Shown here in pieces: positions 18,902 through 24,613 of a DNA stretch of 64,000 nucleotides (positions are counted from its first letter, which is position 1; every line of letters starts with the position of its first letter). Both the position numbers and the translations under genes were made by a program. Location: positions 32,001-96,000 of the IMG/VR virus record IMGVR_UViG_3300032401_000002; one strand, 5' to 3'. The notes beneath the pieces were generated by a model. The model made no database searches. It was not told the origin of the DNA and saw nothing but the letters and a program-made list of their open reading frames with translations. The DNA comes from a virus.

Positions 18902-18970
18902 GCGGAGTAGGCTAAGGCAGCCAAGTGGTCTCCAACACCACAGGACAGGGTTCGATTCCTTGACGCCGCG
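18902..18970 (+). tRNA. tRNA-Trp(CCA), atypical core
   Basis: GTGGT-CTCCAAC-ACCAC arm, T arm, G73; acceptor mismatch and odd connector lengths. Confidence 0.75.
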
Positions 18971-19055
18971 CTTCATCACTGAAAGGTTCGAGGGTTGACT
19001 GAAGGTACGGTTCGTCTGCTCACGGCAGGCAGCTAGGCTTCAGCAGTGATGGCAT

Positions 19056-19129
19056 GCCCCGTTAGTCTAACGGTTCAGGATACCACCCTCTCACGGTGGG
19101 GATTGCGGGTTCGAATCCCGCACGGGGTA
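19056..19129 (+). tRNA. tRNA-Glu(CTC)
   Basis: Cloverleaf, loop CTCTCAC. Confidence 0.92.
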
Positions 19130-19170
19130 CTGCCTTCGGGCACTGGGCCACGCAGCATCAGTGGCATCAC

Positions 19171-19242
19171 TGGAGGGTAGCTCAATGGTAGAGTGTCCCG
19201 CTGTTAACGGGGTGGTTCTGGGTTCGAGTCCCAGCCTTCCAG
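19171..19242 (+). tRNA. tRNA-Asn(GTT)
   Basis: Cloverleaf, loop CTGTTAA. Confidence 0.93.
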
Positions 19243-19254
19243 CTTGCAACACAT

Positions 19255-19328
19255 GGCCTGTTCGTCTAGCGGTCTAGGATACCGGGCTTTCAACTCGGAC
19301 GACAAGGGTTCGAATCCCTTACGGGCTA
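19255..19328 (+). tRNA. tRNA-Glu(TTC)
   Basis: Cloverleaf, loop CTTTCAA. Confidence 0.92.
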
Positions 19329-19427
19329 CTGACGGTGCCACGAGCCGTCGTAAGCAACTCGTGGTCGTGAACAGAGAGGGACGACGGGAAACCGTCCTCT
19401 GACACGGATGAGAAAGCTCCCACACCT

Positions 19428-19500
19428 TAGAGGGTGGTCTAATCGGCAGGACGCCAGGCTCTGACCCTGGAGATTGAAGGTTCGATCCCTTCCCCTCTAG
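19428..19500 (+). tRNA. tRNA-Gln(CTG)
   Basis: Cloverleaf, loop CTCTGAC. Confidence 0.92.
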
Positions 19501-19505
19501 CTCTC

Positions 19506-19577
19506 AACAGGGTAGACTAACGGTAGGTTCCCTGGCCTTGAACCAGGTCGGTCTAGGTTCGAATCCTAGCCCTGTTA
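19506..19577 (+). tRNA. tRNA-Gln(TTG)
   Basis: Cloverleaf, loop CCTTGAA (C33). Confidence 0.82.
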
Positions 19578-19662
19578 CTGCAACAAGATTGCCACGCCCC
19601 TATGCCGGGGCCAATCTAGGCGGGTATTGCGCCCGTGTGTCCAGGTGAAAGCCCTGGCTTAT

Positions 19663-19737
19663 GCCCCTCTAGCCCAACTGGCCAGAGGCAACGGCTTTAA
19701 AGACCGTTCAGTGAAGGTTCGAATCCTTCGGGGGGCA
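19663..19737 (+). tRNA. tRNA-Leu(TAA), short variable arm
   Basis: Actinobacterial-type Leu body, loop TTTAAAG, C31.A39 mismatch. Confidence 0.82.
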
Positions 19738-20121
19738 CTGAAGGACACGCACGTCTGCGCGAAGGGGTTGCTCCCGGAGAGCTTAGGGCGTCCGTGGTGG
19801 TGTGGCCGAGTAGGACTGGATTCCTCTCCACGAGGGGTACAGTTGCGAAGGCACAACCGGCGAAAGTGACGGGCAACCGGCACGAGTAGTAGCCGCGACA
19901 AGGGTGTTGCGTTCGGCCAGAGCCAATCGGTGAGGTCGGTCTCAGTCAGCACTCGTCTGGGAGTAGTTACCTGGGCAGACGGTGGCGCTTGACAGCGCAG
20001 GGAAGGTACGACCGAAACTGTAGCCATTGACATGGACAAGCAGTGGATAGGTCGTCGGAGGGTTGCTGAATCCCTTCCACCACTCCTTCTATCTCTTTCT
20101 CCCCGCACAGTAACTAGCACT

Positions 20122-20301
20122 ATGGCGGGAATCATGATCAGGTGCTCAGGCACGAAGGACGGGGTACATTGTGCCCGGTACACTCGTTTCATTGGAGCGC
20201 CGAATGTTGACTGGACGTGCGAAGGGTGCCTTGCTGGTCGAGCACCATTCGAGCACAAGTCGAAGGTTGTCCAGCAGCAGATGAAGCACAAGAAGAAGTA
20301 G
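20122..20301 (+). CDS. small zinc-finger-like basic protein inside the RNA island
   Basis: MAGIMIRC(8)C...CEGC...KHKKK, 59 aa from ATG 20122. Confidence 0.6.
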   Translation: MAGIMIRCSGTKDGVHCARYTRFIGAPNVDWTCEGCLAGRAPFEHKSKVVQQQMKHKKK

Positions 20302-20304
20302 CTT

Positions 20305-20378
20305 ACCTCGCTAGCTCAAACGGATAGAGCAAGGGTCTTTTAAACCCAAGGTTCTGGGATCGTACCCCAGGCGAGGTA
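20305..20378 (+). tRNA. tRNA-Lys(TTT)
   Basis: Cloverleaf, loop CTTTTAA, T loop ATCGTAC. Confidence 0.87.
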
Positions 20379-20541
20379 CTCTTGAACGACTATTCGGCTC
20401 CTCTGGACGCTGCGCGGCTTCACCACCGCTCGACTCCATGTGGTTCATGGAGGGTCAAGGTTGTTGACGGTAGGCACGCTCGCGACGTAGCCGAAAGACA
20501 GCTTACCGAAGGGCAAGACCGCACTGGTCGTTCAAGTTATT

Positions 20542-20615
20542 GGATCGCTAGCTCAGTTAGGCAGAGCAGGGGACTCTTAATCCCAAGGTCGTCGGTTCGA
20601 TCCCGACGCGATCCA
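20542..20615 (+). tRNA. tRNA-Lys(CTT)
   Basis: Cloverleaf, loop CTCTTAA. Confidence 0.94.
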
Positions 20616-20635
20616 CTGGCCGCAAGGCCGACAGG

Positions 20636-20717
20636 GCCGGAAGGGCGAGGGTTCGAATCCCTCCCGGACAAGGAGCTTCGGCTCACCGTCCGGTAGCTCA
20701 GTGGGAGAGCGTCCGGC
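20636..20717 (+). ncRNA. circularly permuted tRNA-like RNA (YrlA-like topology)
   Basis: Order: anticodon 3' strand, T arm, acceptor 3', UUCG hairpin, acceptor 5', D arm, anticodon 5' strand. Confidence 0.8.
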
Positions 20718-20722
20718 GTTAT

Positions 20723-20805
20723 GCTCTGGTGGTGGAATTGGTATACACACTAGCCTTAGAAGCTAGCGCCCACAGGGATTGAGGGTTCGACTCCCTCCTA
20801 GAGCA
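20723..20805 (+). tRNA. tRNA-Leu(TAG)
   Basis: Long variable arm, loop CTTAGAA. Confidence 0.93.
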
Positions 20806-20857
20806 CTAGGTAGACGTACCGAGACCCAGCGGATGGGTCAACCTAAAGTCCGCACCC

Positions 20858-20941
20858 GCGCTCGTGATGGAATGGGTAGACATGCTAGGTTGAGAGCCTA
20901 GTGGCCGCGAGGTCGTGCAGGTTCAAGTCCTGCCGTGCGCA
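20858..20941 (+). tRNA. tRNA-Leu(GAG)
   Basis: Long variable arm, loop TTGAGAG. Confidence 0.9.
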
Positions 20942-20942
20942 T

Positions 20943-21012
20943 AGGATGGTAGCCCAACAGAGAGGCAGCCCGACAAGGGAAGAGTTGCCGGAATCGAGTC
21001 CGGCCCATCCGA
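20943..21012 (+). ncRNA. tRNA-like element without a canonical anticodon arm
   Basis: GGATGG/CCATCC acceptor, TAGCCCAA..AGAGGC D arm, GCCGG-AATCGAGT-CCGGC T arm. Confidence 0.6.
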
Positions 21013-21016
21013 CCCT

Positions 21017-21090
21017 GGTACGCTAGCTCAATTGGTAGTAGCGTTCGGTTGAAGCCCGAAAGGTTCTCGGTTCAAGTCCGAGGCGTACCA
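21017..21090 (+). tRNA. tRNA-Phe(GAA)
   Basis: Cloverleaf, loop TTGAAGC. Confidence 0.9.
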
Positions 21091-21100
21091 CTGTAGTATT

Positions 21101-21175
21101 GCCCTCTTAGCCCAATCCGGCAGAGGCACCAGCCTCAAACCCTGGTCAGTGGAGGTTCGACTCCTCCAGAGGGCA
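21101..21175 (+). tRNA. tRNA-Leu(CAA), short variable arm
   Basis: Loop CTCAAAC, C31.C39 mismatch. Confidence 0.85.
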
Positions 21176-21189
21176 TAGTACCACCACAT

Positions 21190-21264
21190 GCGGATCGTAG
21201 CTCAATCGGTCAGAGTCGTGGCTTGTGAAGCCATCGGTTGCGGGTTCGAATCCCGTCGATCCGC
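21190..21264 (+). tRNA. tRNA-His(GTG)
   Basis: G-1:C73 pair, loop TTGTGAA. Confidence 0.92.
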
Positions 21265-21271
21265 CTTGTAC

Positions 21272-21344
21272 GTGCGAATGGCTCAGTAGGTAGAGCATCT
21301 GGTTGCCAATCAGAAGGTCGCGGGTTCGAACCCCGCTTCGCACA
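21272..21344 (+). tRNA. tRNA-Gly(GCC)
   Basis: Cloverleaf, loop TTGCCAA, A73. Confidence 0.92.
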
Positions 21345-21465
21345 TCGGTAGCTGGTTGGCGAGTCCTTCCCATGCAGCCTGGGCGACCTGAGTCTCGGCC
21401 GAGATGAGGGAACCTTGTGAATCGGGTCGTTGGCCAACTTGTGCAAACCATCCAGGTGCCGTCCT

Positions 21466-21539
21466 GCTCCATAAGCTCAGTCTGGCAGAGCGCTGGTCTT
21501 GTAAATCAGGGGTTGTCGGTTCGATCCCGACATGGAGCT
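21466..21539 (+). tRNA. tRNA-Thr(TGT)
   Basis: Cloverleaf, loop CTTGTAA. Confidence 0.93.
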
Positions 21540-21542
21540 TAC

Positions 21543-21615
21543 GACCCGGTAACTCAGTGGACAGAGTCACGGTTTCCTAAACCGTTGGTCACAGGTTCGA
21601 CTCCTGTCCGGGTCA
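21543..21615 (+). tRNA. tRNA-Arg(CCT)
   Basis: Cloverleaf, loop TTCCTAA, A20. Confidence 0.93.
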
Positions 21616-21620
21616 TGTTT

Positions 21621-21693
21621 GGCCTGTTAGCTCAGTGGACAGAGCGTGGGGCTTCTATCCCCAGCGTCGGAGGTTCGATCCCTCCACGGGCCA
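21621..21693 (+). tRNA. tRNA-Arg(TCT)
   Basis: Cloverleaf, loop CTTCTAT. Confidence 0.93.
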
Positions 21694-21834
21694 CTTTACA
21701 CAAGACGCTCGAAGCGTCCTTGTACTAGATGATGCCCTTCGGGGCCGGGCGGGGCGATCCATTGGCCTGGGAACAGAACGAGGTCGAACACGACGGGTGA
21801 CAGTTGAACGGCGGGACGCCCGGTGCCCGCACAT

Positions 21835-21906
21835 GCGAAGGTAACTCAACGGTAGAGTCTCAGTTTTCCAAACTGGTGGTTGCGGGTTCGATTCCCGTCC
21901 TTCGCT
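21835..21906 (+). tRNA. tRNA-Gly(TCC)
   Basis: Cloverleaf, loop TTTCCAA. Confidence 0.92.
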
Positions 21907-21951
21907 CTCGGTGGGTGAGTCCAGGTTCGCCCTGTAAGTAGCCCACCGCTA

Positions 21952-22024
21952 CGCTGTGTAGCTCAGTTGGTAGAGCAATCCCCTCATAAGGGAGAGGTCG
22001 GAGGATCGTAGCCTCCCATAGCGA
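21952..22024 (+). tRNA. tRNA-Met(CAT), elongator
   Basis: Cloverleaf, loop CTCATAA, T loop ATCGTAG; Ile2 identity not excluded. Confidence 0.85.
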
Positions 22025-22130
22025 CTTCGGTCAGTGCTTAGGCACAGGACAACGAACCTCCCAAGACCCGGTACGACTCCACAACATGGGTGGAGCAACG
22101 TTCTGATCAAAAGCCGGGTTGGCCGAACAC

Positions 22131-22201
22131 GCTCCTATAGCTCATGTGGAAGAGTCATCCTTCGTACGGATGTGGTCGCAGTTCGACTCTGCGTGGGAGC
22201 T
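22131..22201 (+). tRNA. tRNA-Thr(CGT)
   Basis: Cloverleaf, loop TTCGTAC. Confidence 0.85.
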
Positions 22202-22204
22202 TGC

Positions 22205-22276
<72 letters not shown>

Positions 22277-22385
22277 TGCAACAAGACTCTCCTCGATGCG
22301 TGAGGGGCTGCTCACCAGCCCGCAAAGCGCAAACACGGGAGATAGACCGGGCGAACGGGAGTGAGCTTCGCCTGGTCGAACTTTC

Positions 22386-22458
22386 GGCCTGTTAGCTCAG
22401 CGGACAGAGCGAGTGGCTTCGAACCACTAGGTCGGGGGATCGTACCCCTCACAGGCCA
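22386..22458 (+). tRNA. tRNA-Arg(TCG)
   Basis: Cloverleaf, loop CTTCGAA, T loop ATCGTAC. Confidence 0.9.
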
Positions 22459-22468
22459 TGTAGTACCT

Positions 22469-22540
22469 GGTTTCGTACGAATCTGGTGAAACGGTTCCCC
22501 TGTCACGGGAATGAGGCGGGTTCGATTCCCGTCGAGACCG
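22469..22540 (+). tRNA. tRNA-Asp(GTC)
   Basis: TTCCC-CTGTCAC-GGGAA arm, G73, weak D stem. Confidence 0.82.
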
Positions 22541-22691
22541 CTATGGGCTGTAGAGTCCTGGGGTGTTGGAGAATCCCCGAAGCTGCGAGGTAGACCAACC
22601 TCCTCGCGGCCTCTAGTCGCGCTCCTTGAAAGCTGGCCCGCAAGGCCGGTGGAAGTATCGGGCAAAACCGACGCGACTCATTCAGGGCCTG

Positions 22692-22763
22692 GGGCGGTTA
22701 GCTCAGTGGGAGAGCAGGTTCTTTACACGTACAAGGTCGGGGGTTCGAATCCCTCACCGCCCA
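22692..22763 (+). tRNA. tRNA-Val(TAC)
   Basis: Canonical D/T arms, loop TTTACAC, mismatched anticodon stem. Confidence 0.87.
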
Positions 22764-22771
22764 TACCAGGA

Positions 22772-22877
22772 TTCAGCGCTAGTGTGCCTGCCTGGGGCCG
22801 AACCACCCGTATGCCGGTGGGGGAATCAGCACCCGAGGGTACTCGGAGTTCAGGTGCGAACCCTGAGCGCTATTGAA
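22772..22877 (+). ncRNA. tRNA-like RNA with D-loop insertion and a tetraloop in place of the anticodon
   Basis: AGCGC/GCGCT acceptor, GTGT/GCAC D stem, CCGAG-GGTA-CTCGG, TCAGG-TGCGAAC-CCTGA T arm. Confidence 0.65.
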
Positions 22878-22879
22878 CG

Positions 22880-22953
22880 TGACCCGTAGCTCAGTGGTAA
22901 GAAGCGGGAGGCTTATATCCTCTTGGTCGTGGGTTCGATTCCCACCGGGTCAA
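22880..22953 (+). tRNA. tRNA-Ile(TAT)
   Basis: Cloverleaf, loop CTTATAT. Confidence 0.88.
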
Positions 22954-22954
22954 T

Positions 22955-23190
22955 CACGAACGGAAAGACAAGCGCGGTCGCAAGATCGAGGAAAGTCAGG
23001 CCACCTGAACCAGGGGAGACCAATGCAACCTGGGGAAACGTGACGAGGACGTGGGAGAAGGTCGCAAGGTCTTCGGCTTACCACCTAATCGGCGGGGTGC
23101 AACCTCAAGCGGACGGTCATCTCAGACCGGACAGGTAGAGGGCACAGATAGATGCTTGTCCTAGACAGAAGCCTGCTTACGAAGTTCGTG
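22955..23190 (+). ncRNA. rnpB: miniature RNase P RNA
   Basis: P1 CACGAAC/GTTCGTG, P2 GACAAGC/GCTTGTC, GAGGAAAGTC, 3' ACAGAAGCCTGCTTA with compensated P4, AGATAGATG. Confidence 0.88.
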
Positions 23191-23244
23191 TACACATGAG
23201 AGTGGTTTGGCGGTCGTGACCCATACCTCACGCGCTCTCACCTT

Positions 23245-23317
23245 TGGCTCGTAGCTCAGTTGGGAGAGCACTTGATTGACATTCAAGAGGTCGTCGGATC
23301 GAGGCCGACCGAGCCAA
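23245..23317 (+). tRNA. tRNA-Val(GAC)
   Basis: Cloverleaf, loop TTGACAT, T loop ATCGAGG. Confidence 0.88.
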
Positions 23318-23388
23318 CTTGCCCACCCGTCGCGTTGTAGGGGAGTGGCATAAGCCCCCGTCTGTTGCAACGCCAGCCGGGGGAACTC

Positions 23389-23462
23389 GCGGTTGTAGCT
23401 CAGTGGAATAGAGTATCAGGTTGCGAACCTGAGGGTCGCTGGTTCGAATCCAGCCAATCGCA
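23389..23462 (+). tRNA. tRNA-Arg(GCG)
   Basis: Cloverleaf, TCAGG-TTGCGAA-CCTGA. Confidence 0.9.
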
Positions 23463-23653
23463 CTCAGCACTACAAGTTTGGGGACGGCCCCGTCAGGCCC
23501 CTTCCCAACGCTACCTCTGGCGAGATAGGGGTCGTGTCAACTCGACCACGAAAGTGTCGGGGCGCTGCGAATCACAGAGCGTGTTATCTGTGGTCGTCTG
23601 CCGGGAGACTACCCCGTGTCAAACCAGGTGTAGCTGACGGCTCGCCTGGCCTA

Positions 23654-23727
23654 GGACTTGTAGCTCAGTGGTATAGAGCATCCGTCTGATACGCGGAGGG
23701 TCGGTGGTTCGACTCCACCCAAGTCCA
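23654..23727 (+). tRNA. tRNA-Ile(GAT)
   Basis: Cloverleaf, loop CTGATAC. Confidence 0.93.
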
Positions 23728-23849
23728 TGAGAAGTAGCTCAGATGCCATCTCGCATGTGTCTCCCGGCCAGAGCCGGATAGGGTGCATGCGGGGCAGAGC
23801 GGGCCGATGATCACGGTCGCGACGAGGGGCTGGCAATCCTCCTTCTCTA
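23728..23849 (+). ncRNA. tRNA-like RNA with a 56-nt structured D loop
   Basis: GAGAAG/CTTCTC acceptor, TA-GCTC...GAGC D stem, GGCCG-ATGATCA-CGGTC, variant T arm. Confidence 0.65.
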
Positions 23850-23852
23850 CAT

Positions 23853-23923
23853 AGTGATGTGACCGAGAGGCCAGGTCGTTGGCTGCAACCCTTCGCACAG
23901 CGGTTCGAATCCGCTCATCACTT
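23853..23923 (+). tRNA. tRNA-Cys(GCA)
   Basis: Loop CTGCAAC, U73, mismatched anticodon stem. Confidence 0.83.
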
Positions 23924-23927
23924 CTTC

Positions 23928-24001
23928 GGGCGGCTAGCTCAATTTGGGAGAGCAACGCGCTTGCACCGCGTAGGTTGGGGGTTCAAGTCCCCCGCTGTCC
24001 A
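23928..24001 (+). tRNA. tRNA-Ala(TGC)
   Basis: G3.U70, loop CTTGCAC. Confidence 0.93.
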
Positions 24002-24003
24002 CT

Positions 24004-24103
24004 ACCGAAAGAACGGGTTCGAATCCCGGCCGCGCGACCCAAGCTAGAGGGGTATACACCAAAGGCGAAGGTCTGATCAGTAGTGTAAGGGCAGCACGTC
24101 GGT
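24004..24103 (+). ncRNA. second circularly permuted tRNA-like RNA
   Basis: ACCGA...CGGG-TTCGAAT-CCCG...TAGTGTAAGGGCAGCAC-G-TCGGT; ACCGA pairs with TCGGT. Confidence 0.62.
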
Positions 24104-24110
24104 TTAACTT

Positions 24111-24186
24111 GGGTTGTGGGGCTGCATGGGGTGGCCATCTCGCTTGCACCGAGAACAACAGCAGGGTTCGATTCCCTGACGATCCA
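24111..24186 (+). tRNA. tRNA-Ala(TGC), atypical second copy
   Basis: G3.U70, loop CTTGCAC; G8G9, unusual D loop, 7-nt variable loop. Confidence 0.78.
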
Positions 24187-24278
24187 CTAGGAAGCAGAAG
24201 CACGCAGATGACTCGTAGGTGTTCTAGAAACCAGGGCCGTAACGCAACCGTGCCCCATCAGCGCTGCATCCTACTCGT

Positions 24279-24362
24279 GGTAGGTTACTCAAGTGGTTAC
24301 GAGAGCGGGTTGCTAACCCGTCAAGTCGCAAGGCTTCCTGGGTTCGAATCCCAGACCTACCG
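24279..24362 (+). tRNA. tRNA-Ser(GCT)
   Basis: Long variable arm, loop TTGCTAA. Confidence 0.92.
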
Positions 24363-24367
24363 TACCA

Positions 24368-24451
24368 GGAAGGTCGCATTGGCGTGCTTATGCGGTTTGA
24401 ACCCGTTGATGGGGCTAATCCCCCGTGGGAGTTCGACTCTCCCACCTTCCT
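24368..24451 (+). tRNA. tRNA-Ser(TGA), atypical D arm
   Basis: Long variable arm, loop TTTGAAC, T arm GGGAG-TTCGACT-CTCCC. Confidence 0.75.
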
Positions 24452-24455
24452 CTTT

Positions 24456-24536
24456 GCTGGCGCTTGCTCAATGGTGAGGGCTACTGGCTGTAACCCAGAA
24501 GACACGTCTATGGGGGTTCGACTCCTCCCGCCAGCA
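24456..24536 (+). tRNA. tRNA-Tyr(GTA)
   Basis: Loop CTGTAAC, variable-arm hairpin, A73. Confidence 0.8.
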
Positions 24537-24542
24537 CTCCGC

Positions 24543-24578
24543 GACACCCCTGCATCCTTCGGGATGTGGGGGTGTTTC
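24543..24578 (+). terminator. hairpin ending the RNA island
   Basis: ACACCCCTGCATCC-TTCG-GGATGTGGGGGTGT followed by TT. Confidence 0.7.
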
Positions 24579-24613
24579 ACGTTGCCTTGTTGTTGGTCTG
24601 CTACAATACGAGA

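Noticed and set aside
19663-21175. Possible ochre (TTA) and opal (TCA) suppressor readings of the two Leu tRNAs with 31-39 mismatches
   Set aside because: Standard spacing places TAA and CAA at 34-36; the stop-type triplets arise trivially from U33. Genes end normally at TAA/TAG/TGA, so there is no sign of recoded stops.
21725-21750. Hammerhead-like TAGATGAT-GCCC-TTCG-GGGC
   Set aside because: Lacks the exact CUGAnGA core and the following GAAA.
24367-24451. tRNA-Sec interpretation (possible 8-bp acceptor, long arm)
   Set aside because: The anticodon is TGA (Ser), not TCA, and the D stem is short.
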